Source: Tetramitus jugosus (lineage: Eukaryota; Protista; Heterolobosea). From it: 64,000 bases of DNA. The notes beneath the pieces were generated by a model. It saw only the letters and a program-made list of their open reading frames with translations, was not told where the DNA came from and made no database searches. Below, piece by piece: positions 47,215-58,625 of this stretch. The stretch's first letter is position 1; each line of letters opens with the position of its first letter. Made by a program: the position numbers and the translations under genes. The stretch spans positions 248,001 to 312,000 of the forward strand of contig OW569346.1 in NCBI GenBank assembly GCA_937625935.1, in the 5' to 3' direction.

Positions 47215-49809
47215 TTATTGCTGCTTCGAGATGATCAAGAGTCCCAGTACGAGGACAAGCACTGTGGCAATCATGCTGTATCCAGTCATGGAGGCATCTC
47301 CCTTTCGTGTATCAGCCTCAATGACTACTGCTGCTGGATAATATACCTTTGTGTCTGATATGAAGCCGCAAATCGCGGAAGGATTGACTTCTTTGTCATT
47401 TTCAATCTTCACTGACGCGAGCGAATACTTTCCGTCTGCTCCCCGGGTTGCAAACGCGCCACTCACATACCCACTATCATCTATTTTGACAGTTGGATCA
47501 ACTGCAATGCACAACTTGGTATTCGCAATACTCTGATTAATGGAGTATCCATCACCAACAATCTGACCCACCGTGGCCTGATATTTGTTACGCACTGGAA
47601 TTGTGGCAACAGGTACCTTTTTAACCTCTTTACGTGGTGAGGGGGCTGACATTAAAAATTCGGTCAGAGAGACCACAGCACTAGGTGATCCACGTGGAAC
47701 AAGCATGGACACTCGTGAAAAGTCAACTGGAACATCTCTAAAAGAACTTGAAGAATAAGCAGCCTTATCAACGACCAATCCGCTATCAAAACAACTTTCT
47801 TTTGAGTTCTTATCAGTACTGCAATCACATGAAGTAATTCGAGCTGTTTGCAAAATTGGATTCACACTGCAGCTCAAAAAGTCCTTCAAAGCACGATTGA
47901 AAATATTTTGAACCAAACTATAGATCATGCCTGAAAGTAGCTTTTCATCGAGAGCAGTAACCCATTGGTTCTTCTTTACCAATGCAGGTGTCTCCCATGA
48001 TAAAGCGCCACTCTCTGCGGCATTTGATGGTGTCCATGTGCCACGCTTGAGGGAGAAGGCAGGTACCATTGATCCACCTGACGAAACACAACCACTTTCG
48101 CTTTGAGTAGAAACAATTACACCCAGGAGAGGATCCTTCCTCTCACATAGATTGATAGACGAGCAATCTGAACCTGGGTCAAGGAACAACCCCGTACAAC
48201 TGGTTTTGGCTACTCCGGTCACACAACCAAGGGGATTTACATATCCCAATGATCCATCTGGACATGTCCTCTCTCCTGTTTTCGAGACTGTGAAAGGAAT
48301 TAAACACTTTCCTAGGTACTGGTCCAATTCGCTGTAATAGTTCGAGGAACATTGTGTGGCTGCTTTGCACGAGGTTTCCGTGCAGCCAGAGCATGGAACA
48401 GAACAAGTTCCAGATCCGGAGCTCTTGCAGGAAGCCGCGTTAGCAGCAAACGATGGCACACCAGTTTGTGTGTTGGTACATAACACGCCTCCAGCACAAT
48501 CAGCTTGATTAGCAGGAACTACGGCCTTACAATAATTTGAGCACTTGGCACCACAGAAACCTGCTCCCGTGCAAGCAGTGTTAGAAAGATTGATGTTATT
48601 ACACACTGTTGTCGATTCGCAAGCAGCTTTAGAAGCTTTTTCTTGACTTGTAACTGGATTTCCATGTGAATCAATACATTGCTGAGAGGTGATTGCAGTT
48701 TGGAATTGTTGTCCAATCTGCTGTGAAGTCGCATCATCACTCACATCAAGAATACTCAACAGTTTTGACAAATCATTACCCAAAGAATGCTTCAAGTAAT
48801 CTCCAATAGCTTCATATTCACTCAAGTCAGTTGACACTGGGGTACAATATCCAGAAACTGTATTGCATTTGCCAGAAGGACAATCTCCATTTGCAGAACA
48901 AGCAATCCACTTGTCATCTGAAAATAATGGATCGAAAATGGCAGAGTAACGATCAATCATGGCATTCGCAGTATCGAATTGATCTTGGAAGGAAGACAGG
49001 CACTTATCTGTTCTCACTTGAACCAACTTGGCTACTTGCGACTCGACACTCCTAGGTGTCTTACAATTCGAGTTTGCAGTTGGACTGTTGGCATAGGATA
49101 TTGTATTTACAGTCACTGCTCTCTTCGAGCAAGCAGAAGTAAAGGACAATCCTCTGTAGCAACAAGAATCCGTTGTCGCAGTTACACATTGGTCCGTATT
49201 TACAGTAAAGGAATTTTTGGTTTGAGTTGCGTCAGCTGATACTTGAACAGCAAGCTTTGAGCAAGCACTATTCTGCAAGCTCGTCAACAACTTTTCAATT
49301 GTATCCTCCATCTCTGCAATGACCGCTGAAGTTGTAATCGTAGAGGGATCAGACAACCCATCAATCACCATAGTAAAAGTCTTAATCAAACTGTCCATAT
49401 CACTTTTCTTGCAAGTGTTTGTGAACGCTACACCGTTCAATGTCCTTGCTCTGGCCTCAGAACTCATTTGTTCATAATTCTTCATAAATCTCTCCAGTTT
49501 GGAATGCATGTTGGACCATGTGTGCAGTCTGACTTGTTGCTGTTGCTTCTGTTGCTGCTGGCGCTGCGGATGAGCTTGGTGGTGTTGGTCTGGCATGTGA
49601 TCGGGCACATGAGGCGAGTATGGATGCGAGTGATGCTGCTGATGTGAATGATTCTGGTGATCATGCTCAGCACAAGCCCTCACAAAAGACATGGTATTGT
49701 GATGCCAAAAAGCACAACAACACCAAGTATAAAGCAGCAATACGATAATGGCTCTAATCGCGATTGTTGTTGACTGTTTGTTGCTTTCTTTCCTGTTGAC
49801 TATTGCCAT
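47215..49809 (-). CDS. Cys-rich secreted/surface protein with C-terminal hydrophobic anchor
   Basis: Signal peptide, His/Gln-rich segment, many Cys, terminal hydrophobic stretch. Confidence 0.75.
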   Translation of the reverse strand: MAIVNRKESNKQSTTIAIRAIIVLLLYTWCCCAFWHHNTMSFVRACAEHDHQNHSHQQHHSHPYSPHVPDHMPDQHHQAHPQRQQQQKQQQQVRLHTWSNMHSKLERFMKNYEQMSSEARARTLNGVAFTNTCKKSDMDSLIKTFTMVIDGLSDPSTITTSAVIAEMEDTIEKLLTSLQNSACSKLAVQVSADATQTKNSFTVNTDQCVTATTDSCCYRGLSFTSACSKRAVTVNTISYANSPTANSNCKTPRSVESQVAKLVQVRTDKCLSSFQDQFDTANAMIDRYSAIFDPLFSDDKWIACSANGDCPSGKCNTVSGYCTPVSTDLSEYEAIGDYLKHSLGNDLSKLLSILDVSDDATSQQIGQQFQTAITSQQCIDSHGNPVTSQEKASKAACESTTVCNNINLSNTACTGAGFCGAKCSNYCKAVVPANQADCAGGVLCTNTQTGVPSFAANAASCKSSGSGTCSVPCSGCTETSCKAATQCSSNYYSELDQYLGKCLIPFTVSKTGERTCPDGSLGYVNPLGCVTGVAKTSCTGLFLDPGSDCSSINLCERKDPLLGVIVSTQSESGCVSSGGSMVPAFSLKRGTWTPSNAAESGALSWETPALVKKNQWVTALDEKLLSGMIYSLVQNIFNRALKDFLSCSVNPILQTARITSCDCSTDKNSKESCFDSGLVVDKAAYSSSSFRDVPVDFSRVSMLVPRGSPSAVVSLTEFLMSAPSPRKEVKKVPVATIPVRNKYQATVGQIVGDGYSINQSIANTKLCIAVDPTVKIDDSGYVSGAFATRGADGKYSLASVKIENDKEVNPSAICGFISDTKVYYPAAVVIEADTRKGDASMTGYSMIATVLVLVLGLLIISKQQ

Positions 49810-50074
49810 ATTTGACTGTTTTGTTGTTGTTATTCAAAGTTTTGATGTCTGGTATTTGAATGAGTGTTTTGGAGTGCCAGGGTGGTGTGTTGTTGCATCT
49901 TTGAATGATCCATCAGGTTCAAAATAAATATCATCCACATGTTCGACTTTGGTTGCTGTGTGACTGCATTTAGATCAAATGCGAATGGAAGAGGAAGTCG
50001 CTTGTCCAAGTATTCGATTTAGATGACGGGTTTTTTTTTTGTGATGATATTTCTGTGTGTTGGTGGTGGCGCAA

Positions 50075-50243
50075 GGAAGTGATTAAGTTTTTTAGTCACT
50101 TCCACTCCCATGAGAATAACAGTACACAGCCTAGGTTTGATCAATCATGATTTGAAACATTCGGTAATGCATGATGATTCCACTCTAGAAACGGGTGCAC
50201 CATATGGTGATGTTTGAGACATTCTCTCATGGTCGGACTTTTT
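50075..50243 (+). ncRNA. Candidate structured ncRNA (unassigned)
   Basis: Hairpin 50075-50103; long-range stem CCATGAGAAT/ATTCTCTCATGG; internal hairpins; T5 end. Confidence 0.35.
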
Positions 50244-50356
50244 CTCGAAAATTGAGGGTGCAATGAAGTGATTGAACACAACCAAGTTGACTAGTAAAAA
50301 TTTGAGAAAAACAAAGAAGCAAAAACAAACAAACACTCGTAGTATACTCTCACACA

Positions 50357-50701
50357 ATGGTACGTCTATTATGCCCTTAAAGCAAATGTTGTTGTCATTC
50401 CGCCCCTTCACACATGTCACTAACATCAATGTTACTATAGCCAAAACAAATTTTCGAGATTAAGGAGTTCTTGATGAACGCCAGAAACGCTAACGCCCAA
50501 CAAGTTGTTATCTTCAAGCCAAAGAACACCAACTCCAACGTCACAAAGTTCAAGCTCCGCACCAAGAAGTACTTGTACACTCTTGTCGTGAGAGACAACG
50601 AGAGAGCAAAGAAGATTGAGACTTCCCTTCCACCTGCATTGAAGGTTACCAAGATCCCAAAGGTGGTCAGCACCAAGAAGGCTCAACCAAAGAAGAAGTA
50701 A
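50357..50701 (+). CDS. RPL38: 60S ribosomal protein L38 (intron 50360-50440)
   Basis: ATG|intron|PKQIFEIKEFL...TKFKLRTKKYLYTLVV. Confidence 0.95.
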
Positions 50702-50751
50702 ATCATTTTCTTTGAATTAAATGAAGCTCAATTTTTAAACTTGCATCTTTC

Positions 50752-51248
50752 TTAGTTTATTTTCGGGTTTCTTAGTACAATGATGACAGAGTCTCCTCTC
50801 AAGAACATTTTGGAAATGAATCTGGTTTTGTTGACTGCTTTTCCCTTTTTGCCCTTGCTGGATTTTGGTGTTTCTGTCCACATTTCCTGCACGTTCTCCA
50901 ACACCATGTTGCAATGTCTGTCAAAAGCCTTCACTCGACCGAGCAACTTTTTGTTGTTTCTACAATTGATCAACACCTGACTTTGATCTCTCACACTGTC
51001 CAATAGTACACTCAGTGGTCCCTTTTGAAATTCTTCATCTTCGGTTCTTTCCTGTAATGTTGTTCGATCAAAGTGTTTCGGTAAAATAGCAAAGTGTTTT
51101 GATCACAACAGCATCAGCAACAAATCATGAACCATTGATCGAGTTGGAAAAAAGTCACACACACAGACAAAAATCAAAATGTGTTAGTTCAAATCGGATT
51201 CATATGATGATTCAAAGTCAATTGTTGAAAGATACAATACCTGCTCAT
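50752..51248 (-). CDS. SNRPD2: Sm protein D2 (5' exon structure uncertain)
   Basis: [45 protein letters not shown]. Confidence 0.92.
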
Positions 51249-51365
51249 CAGGATCAAGGGGTAATCGTTCAGCCATTGTTGTTGTTTGTTGTGTTTTCTG
51301 TGTTGCTTGAACATGCAAAAGTGTAAACTTCTCCGTTTTCGTTGAAGATAACCAAAATTCTTTTT

Positions 51366-51487
51366 AAAAAAATACAGGGAACCATGCGGCGCGTGTACGA
51401 CGGCAGAATACGGTCAGTACATCCGCCCCAAATGGGTCGACCGCAGCAAGCAGAAGTCTGACCAAGCACTCCTTTTCGGAGAAGGCC
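51366..51487 (-). ncRNA. Candidate ~120-nt structured RNA divergent from tRNA-Ile (unassigned; strand uncertain)
   Basis: GC-rich island in AT-rich intergenic DNA, several complementary segments, T7 run at its minus-strand 3' end. Confidence 0.35.
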
Positions 51488-51531
51488 TAATATAGTAATT
51501 TGGTTAAAATCGAGAGATAACTGAAATGAGC

Positions 51532-51621
51532 GCTTCTGTAGCTTAGTGGTAAAGCACTGGTCTTATAATGTAGACATAGTGAGTTAGCCAGGGATCGTGG
51601 GTTCGAACCCCACCAGAAGCA
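51532..51621 (+). tRNA. tRNA-Ile(TAT) with 18-nt intron (51568-51585)
   Basis: Acceptor GCTTCTG/CAGAAGC, anticodon stem CTGGT/GCCAG, loop CT-TAT-A interrupted at 37/38, GGTTCGAACCC. Confidence 0.93.
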
Positions 51622-51672
51622 ACATTTTCTGTTGTTTTACTGACAAATCTACTGCGCACCAAGCCACAAGAC

Positions 51673-52179
51673 ATGTCTGAAACCGATGCAGTCATCACTT
51701 TTGATTCCAAACACGAGCTCAGGATTTTGAATGCTGAAAAGTTCAATTCCTCTGTCGCTCTTTTCGAGAAAAGCAATGAATTTGTTGATAGTAAGTGCTT
51801 CATAAAGTTACAAGAGAAAACAGTATTTAAAAGATAGTTAACATCAGAGAATTGACATGTTCGATATTGTTCATCAAATGTAGAACTGAAGGAGTTTGAA
51901 GAAATGGTAAAGAATGTAATGTCTGTGATTAAAGCTCAAGGAGAACTCATTGAACAAGAGAAACTAAAAGCGATTGGAACAAGAAATCTGGTAAAGGCGG
52001 AAGAAGATTGCAGAAAGCTCACCATCCAAGAATATCAAAGAGTCATCACAGACAAACACGCAGAACTCGACAGGTACAATGCCGAACTAGAATCATTGGT
52101 CAAAGTAGAAATGGAACAACGAAAACTGATTGAGAGACTGAGCAACAATGAACCAGATGGCTCCTCCAATGACCACTAA
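51673..52179 (+). CDS. IFT20: Intraflagellar transport protein 20 (one intron)
   Basis: FDSKHELRIL...IEQEKLKAIGTRN...ELDRYNAELESL. Confidence 0.9.
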
Positions 52180-52321
52180 CCTTCCTTAAATAAAAAAGAC
52201 TAACATCTGTTTCAGTTTCCCCGTTGCGTAATCCGAGTCCAGAAAATACTCGAAGTTTTTTCGGCCTTGAAAGCGATCTCTCCAACACTTAAAAAAAAAA
52301 CAGAAGTAGACACGTAGACAA

Positions 52322-55300
52322 ATGAACACACATCATGAAAAGTCACCGACACTCGATGCCAAACAACTGGAATGTGTTCAATATTCAGTCAACAACAATA
52401 GTAGCTTATTGGTGATTGCTGGTGCAGGCAGTGGAAAAACAGAAGTACTCACTAGACGAGTCATTCACATGATTGAACAGTGCAATGTGCTGGCTCAACA
52501 AATTTTGTGTCTCACTTTTTCAAAGAAGGCTGCTTTTGAGATGAGATGTCGATTGAGAGAAAGAACAATCAAGACCAAGAGTAGTAGTAGTAGTAGTATG
52601 GAGGATGATGATAATGATGGAGATGTACAGATGGGTGATAGTCAACAATATAATCATGACATGGTTCACATATCGACTATTCACTCATTTTGTTATCAGT
52701 CTGTGATGAATCATATGGAATCGTTGCCTGCTCACGTACAAGAGTCTGTTCTCATGACACGTAATCAACAGAATGGAATGGAGCAGATATTGAGAGAGAT
52801 TTTAGAAAAGGATTTGCACTTTGATTCGAGTAGTGCCAAAGTTGTTCGTGATCGCATCAGAGATGTCACGAGTTATATACAGAGATTGCCATATGGTGAA
52901 TTGTTACACATTATGAATTATGAAAAATTGAATACGTTCGTGATGACGAGTGAGAATGATAGGTTGTACAGGGAGTTGAAAGCTCAGATGAGGAAGCGAG
53001 AATTGATGGATTTTAATGATTTGATCCATATTTGTATATATTTGTTGGAGAATGACGAGAATTTTAGGAATGAGTGTCGATCGTTGCATAGACACATATT
53101 GGTGGACGAGTTTCAAGATATGGGACCACTGGAGTTTGAATTGTTGAAGCGATTGATTTGCTTGGGCGATGAGAAGAGTGTGGATCGGTCAGTTTCTTGC
53201 TTTGGAGATGATGATCAATGTATATATTCATTCAAGGGAACAAGTCCAAAGATATTTGATTGGTATCGGGCATTGTGCTCCAATTGCAAAACATACACTA
53301 TCGATACGAATTATCGTAGTTCCAACTCAATTGTGAAGGTAGCAAACTCATTGATTCAGAGTAACGTCGAGAGAGTTGCAAAGAATATACGGGCACATGG
53401 CGCAAAACCAGATGAATCCGTGATCGTACAGTTGGTGGAAGATAGAAAAAACGAGGGACTGTTTCTTGTGAATAAGATCAAACAGCTAATGTCTCAGTTC
53501 TCGCCAAAGTTGAAATATCGAGACATAGCAGTGCTTTGCAGAGTGAACAGACATTTAACAGAAACCAAAGTATGGCTCCGGAAATATCAAATTCCTTTCA
53601 AGGAAATTGAAACGAATGACAAAACATTAAAACCTGGCAAGGACTCGAAGCAGGTTGTAGATCTACTCGCATATTTTGTCATATTAATTTATTCTCATCC
53701 AGACAATATGGATTCGATCAACCAGGAATCAATTTTAAGAGCTGATGAAGCTTTCCGGCGCGTTGTACCTCGCTACAAGCAGAAAAAAATTGATCTGAAA
53801 TACTTGGAAGACATCCAAAGTGATGAAGGTGGTGGGATAAGCCTTTGGGATGCTCTCAGATTTGCTGTAGAGAATCAGTTCCCTTGTACAAAGAAAGAGT
53901 GCAGCGAGGTAGAGGATAAGAAGGCTCAACTAACGATGCATAGCTTTGCTATTAGTCACTCTACCCATGCAAGCTTCAAAAAAACTAGGACCACTAAGCT
54001 GCTAAGCTTACCAACACAAAGATTTTTGATTGAGTTTTACAATACTATGCGAGGTATCATCAAGAAGGCAGATTCTATCTATACTAAATGTTCACCCCAA
54101 GATTTTGTCTGCAAGTTGATCGATTACATTTGCAATGAAACTCCCTACCAAGAAGAAATGAAAGGAAAATCAGTAGACCAGGAATCTATCAAAGAAATGA
54201 AGAGAAGGGCTGGCGTGGCATTGTTTAGTGTTTCTCAGAGAATTCATTGGCATTTTTGGCTAACAAAGTTATTAAAATGCCAGGAGAAAGCAGGGTCCAT
54301 CGTATTCTCAAGTGAAACTGAGGGGAGAGATAAGATTGCTATTTGCTCAGTACATCAGGCTAAGGGTTTGGAGTGGAAGATCGTTTTTCTGCTAGGAATG
54401 AATACGGGCGTATTGCCCATCTCCGAGAATTCTTCAGAGATAGTAGAGGATGAACGACGTATCGCGTTCGTAGGTATGACTCGAGCGAAAGAAAAGCTCT
54501 TCCTAACAGTATGGGATAAGGATGAGTCAAACACTTTTCGATCAAGATCTAGGTTTGTTAGTGAGATATTGAGAGAAGATAAGAATGTGAGTATTTGCGA
54601 GAAGCAGACAAATAATGATCTAGAATTGAGTATATCCCATCATAATCAAGATGACATAAAATCTTCGACTCAATTCGCTTTTACTCAAAGCGAAGCCAGT
54701 ACACAGAAATCTGATGACGCAATAGCTGTCTCACCTGTGTCTGATGAGGATAACCATGAAACCTCCAATAATGAATCCATATTAATTGGTGACTACCCAG
54801 CGTTGAAGAAGAAAAAGGTAGTTGCTGTACCCAAGCGAAAGTTAACCAAAATTGTGGATGAGTCAAAGATGACTAGAGGACAACGGGACTCAATAGAAAA
54901 GAGTTCTAACCTGATGTCTAAATGGCTGAGTAAATCGAGTAGTGGGTCTAAGAGTGATAATAGCTCAGAGAGCAAGTTTGAAGTCCACAGTGATGCTGTA
55001 ATTACTCCTGTCTCTCCACCTAAAGAGTTGCCAAAGAGACCACGAGTCTCTAAAGAGAATGAAGAGCCCACTCCGAAAAAGAAAAGAACTGAATCATCAA
55101 GTTCTAAGGTCAATGCTAAGAGTGATACACGAAAGACAAGTAGTAAGAAAACATTGATTCTTAAACCAAGCAAGGAGAAAGCTCCAACTCAAAAGAAGGA
55201 GAAAAAAACACAACCTCCTCAGCTATCGACTGTGTCAGCAAAATCAGATGATGAGCTGATATGTGACCAGTTCTATCGTGGACCAGTAGGTGTCCAATTT

Positions 55301-55732
55301 ATAATTGGACAATGCTGTAGTCATTGCAATCAATTCAACAGCAGCACTTTCATCGAGACAACTCAGGAAGCGACCACAGATATGGAAATAGCATGTGAGC
55401 ACTGCAAGGAGATGATTGAAGCAGAAATGAAAGTTAGCTACAAATTACCAGCACTTGGCAACACGAACAAGGCAGTTGAGGAAAGGTGCTGTCGCTTGAG
55501 CAGGAAAGCCATAAGAACAATGATCCTAACCATCAACAAGTGTAATGGAGAAACTGGTTCAATAGAAAGTCTATGGTTGCTCGAGAATCAAAGAGATCTA
55601 TTCTGGAACATTTTGTACCAGTATGGTCACATTCAGGAACACATCACAAAGACTCTCAAGCCATCTGTCAAGGCCTCTTCGAACCCGAAGCAGAAGACGA
55701 TCCTGGAGCTTTTCAAACGGCCATCAGACTGA
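52322..55732 (+). CDS. UvrD/Srs2-like SF1 helicase with C-terminal extension
   Basis: AGAGSGKT, LVDEFQD, GDDDQCIY, NYRSS, HQAKGLEW, ERRIAFVGMTRAK. Confidence 0.92.
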   Translation: MNTHHEKSPTLDAKQLECVQYSVNNNSSLLVIAGAGSGKTEVLTRRVIHMIEQCNVLAQQILCLTFSKKAAFEMRCRLRERTIKTKSSSSSSMEDDDNDGDVQMGDSQQYNHDMVHISTIHSFCYQSVMNHMESLPAHVQESVLMTRNQQNGMEQILREILEKDLHFDSSSAKVVRDRIRDVTSYIQRLPYGELLHIMNYEKLNTFVMTSENDRLYRELKAQMRKRELMDFNDLIHICIYLLENDENFRNECRSLHRHILVDEFQDMGPLEFELLKRLICLGDEKSVDRSVSCFGDDDQCIYSFKGTSPKIFDWYRALCSNCKTYTIDTNYRSSNSIVKVANSLIQSNVERVAKNIRAHGAKPDESVIVQLVEDRKNEGLFLVNKIKQLMSQFSPKLKYRDIAVLCRVNRHLTETKVWLRKYQIPFKEIETNDKTLKPGKDSKQVVDLLAYFVILIYSHPDNMDSINQESILRADEAFRRVVPRYKQKKIDLKYLEDIQSDEGGGISLWDALRFAVENQFPCTKKECSEVEDKKAQLTMHSFAISHSTHASFKKTRTTKLLSLPTQRFLIEFYNTMRGIIKKADSIYTKCSPQDFVCKLIDYICNETPYQEEMKGKSVDQESIKEMKRRAGVALFSVSQRIHWHFWLTKLLKCQEKAGSIVFSSETEGRDKIAICSVHQAKGLEWKIVFLLGMNTGVLPISENSSEIVEDERRIAFVGMTRAKEKLFLTVWDKDESNTFRSRSRFVSEILREDKNVSICEKQTNNDLELSISHHNQDDIKSSTQFAFTQSEASTQKSDDAIAVSPVSDEDNHETSNNESILIGDYPALKKKKVVAVPKRKLTKIVDESKMTRGQRDSIEKSSNLMSKWLSKSSSGSKSDNSSESKFEVHSDAVITPVSPPKELPKRPRVSKENEEPTPKKKRTESSSSKVNAKSDTRKTSSKKTLILKPSKEKAPTQKKEKKTQPPQLSTVSAKSDDELICDQFYRGPVGVQFIIGQCCSHCNQFNSSTFIETTQEATTDMEIACEHCKEMIEAEMKVSYKLPALGNTNKAVEERCCRLSRKAIRTMILTINKCNGETGSIESLWLLENQRDLFWNILYQYGHIQEHITKTLKPSVKASSNPKQKTILELFKRPSD

Positions 55733-55910
55733 TCGGATAAATGTATCAGGATTTTCGATTGTAAAAAAAATTTAACGGGAAGAAAAACTCGAAAAACTTA
55801 CCGTTACAAATGGAAACATATAAATTGGTGCTCGAATTCGAATTCTATCATTTTTCAAAAACAAACAACAGAACAAAGCATACTACAGTCAGTAATATCT
55901 CAATAACAAA

Positions 55911-56330
55911 ATGGCAAGAACCAAGCAAACAGCAAGAAAGTCCACTGGTGGTAAGGCACCAAGAAAGCAATTGTCCCAAAAGGCCGCTAGAAAGTCTGCA
56001 GCAAAGACTCCATCTGCCGGTGGATTGAAGAAGCCTCACAGATACAAGCCAGGTACAGTTGCTCTCAGAGAAATTAGAAGATACCAAAAGTCGACTGAAC
56101 TGTTGATCAGAAAGGCTCCTTTCCAAAGATTGATCAGAGAAATTGCTTCGGACTACAAGACTGAATTGAGATTCCAACACTCTGCTGTTGAAGCTTTGCA
56201 AGAAGCCGCTGAAGCTTACATGGTCGGTCTCTTTGAAGACACCAACTTGTGTGCCATCCATGCTAAGAGAGTCACAATCATGCCAAAGGACGTGCAACTA
56301 GCTAGAAGAATCAGAGGTGACCGATCTTAA
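55911..56330 (+). CDS. Histone H3
   Basis: [21 protein letters not shown]...histone fold. Confidence 0.97.
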   Translation: MARTKQTARKSTGGKAPRKQLSQKAARKSAAKTPSAGGLKKPHRYKPGTVALREIRRYQKSTELLIRKAPFQRLIREIASDYKTELRFQHSAVEALQEAAEAYMVGLFEDTNLCAIHAKRVTIMPKDVQLARRIRGDRS

Positions 56331-56574
56331 ATTCAGATCCTAAGCACTTTTCCTCTGTACCCTCAACCCCAAAATCGTTCCACTACACCTTCCAAATCTC
56401 CAATTTAACTTAATGTTATAGGCAATATTGACTCTTGTAAATAAATCTGAGCAGTAATATTTTCATTTTCACTAGCTTATATTCTCTTCCAATCCCTCGT
56501 TGAGTCTTGTCGGATCTACAAAAAGTCTATTCTGATTGGAGAATAAATATGTTTGTTTTATGCGCGTTGTTGGC

Positions 56575-58625
56575 TTATTTCTTTTCAACCAGAGGACCCA
56601 CTAAGCCACCCAAAGCAGGTCTCTGTTTGTTGAGAACAATTCGAGTGGGTGGTGCCACAACAGGACTAGACGATGGCTGCTCATCCTCAGAGGAACTCGA
56701 TTCATCACTCTCTTCATCCGAGTCAACAACCCTGTGGGCAAACGCATTGATAATATCAATTGAGCTTGGCGTACGCCTCGATAATTTCCGTTTTGGTACT
56801 TCGGTTCGTGATAGGGTTGGAGGAGAAGTCGATGAAGAAAGCTTGCTCTTTGGTGATGCTACAAGGTGATCCATATAATTTTCATCTATGGAGGAGCACA
56901 GACCTGTTTCCTTCTTTTCTCTGACTGGAATCACTCCTCGATGAGTGTGTGGTCGTGACATGTCACTGAACCTTTGTTGTTGGATGGGTAGCGCGAGACT
57001 CATTCTCTTCTTTTCCTCAACAACCGGAGGAGGAATATCTACTTCAGCAACTCCCAGATCAATTGCACGTTTCTTCATGTACTCGAGAGCGACTTCAAAC
57101 GATGTCATTGCATATCCATACTCGGTTGACATCATTTCATCAATTGAAAACTCGGTCATATAAGCTAGATTCGAAGATAAATGTGACAGTTTCGATTGAC
57201 AAATCACATAGGTCAAAATTGGCAATAATTCATCCGATGTAAACACCTCTTGCTTTCCCGTGTTACTTTCTTCTTGATGCTTATTCACAGTCTTCATAAT
57301 CAAATCCGATGTCGTTTTCAAACATTTCATCTTTTCAAAAGCACTTCGACAATCATCAATCGTACGCAACACATAGATTGCAGAGTCCTGCGAGCACTGA
57401 AACGACTTTGGTACTGCAAAATCATCGAGCGTCAGGTTGGACAGAGTGATTTGATAGGCGTACATTTTTTGATCATCCTGAGTATGCTCTCTCACCCAAA
57501 ACGGAAACACCTTGTCATAGATACCAGAGCAAAGAATGCCCATGGCAGAGTTTTTGAGAGAAGTAACATATTGATCATTGTTGCCACTCGATCCCATATT
57601 GTTATTCGGCAGTATATAATCATTCAACAATTGCTTGTACAGTTGCGTGATTCGTTCAATGGCTTGTTTCTTGTATCCACTCATGAGCACATAGGACTTG
57701 TTGAATGTCACAATGTGTCTCATGCATGACGAATAGAGATCGGGGTCCGATTGCTTGAGAAACTCGTGAAATTCTTGATCATTGGTCGGTTCTTTTGGTT
57801 TGTGCTGAGAGACTGAAAACCGCTTATTTCCAAAGTTCTTGACTGCCAGTTGGCGAATCTGAGCATGATCCTAACAAGCAACAACAACAATACAAGATGC
57901 ACATGTTAACAACACTATTACATATGAAAAGACGAAAATAACAAAAAAAAACAATGAATTGTTGTTACACACATCAAAAATACACTTGTCCACAAACAAA
58001 ATTGTAAATGGTTGAAAATTATCATTGTACACGGTTTCAGTGCCAATGACGTTAATCGCAAATCGACTCCGGAATCCATCAGTCGTCTCCAACGTCTTCA
58101 TAATGTTCATGTTTGCCTCTGCGAGCTGTCGTTCAGTGTCCATGGATGAACTAAGACTGCTACTGGTTCCAACTGCACTGCCAATGGTATCCAACATTTT
58201 CCTGAGTGAAACAAAGCTAAGAGATCTGCTCTTCATAGCTCTATCTTGAAGTTTCTTTAGCTCATCACTCTCTGTCAATACTTTACCACTCTCTGTTGTG
58301 TATTGACCTACAAAATAGGGTGAATCTTGCAGTATGTGATTCCCTAATAGACATAACGAAATCAAGCAATGAAAAGTTGTAAGCTAAATTTTGGCGGCAA
58401 AAAACGCGCACACCAAAAATGGAAATGAGACATACGAATAAACAACTGAACACGTTGATTATCACGACTGAAACAGGAATAAAAATATCGAACATCGTCA
58501 TCAGGTGGTATACAAATGGTTCGTTGATTTGTTGTTGCCGATTTCCACAAATTTTCAAACTGTTTGCTCACAATCTGATAGAATACACTCTCATCAGCAC
58601 TTGTGGAATAATGCAAGTGTGACAT
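56575..58625 (-). CDS. VPS9-domain Rab GEF (VARP/ANKRD27-like N-terminus), multi-exon
   Basis: TSDELLPIL, EYGYAMTSFEVAL; upstream exons TICIP, GTETVYN. Confidence 0.8.

Noticed and set aside
51372-51380. ATACAGGGA shared with the reconstructed empty site upstream of tRNA-Asn
   Set aside because: A 9-mer at a very different distance from its tRNA; compatible with chance.
51568-51585. tRNA intron as a novelty
   Set aside because: Canonical 37/38 introns in tRNA-Ile(UAU) are common in eukaryotes.
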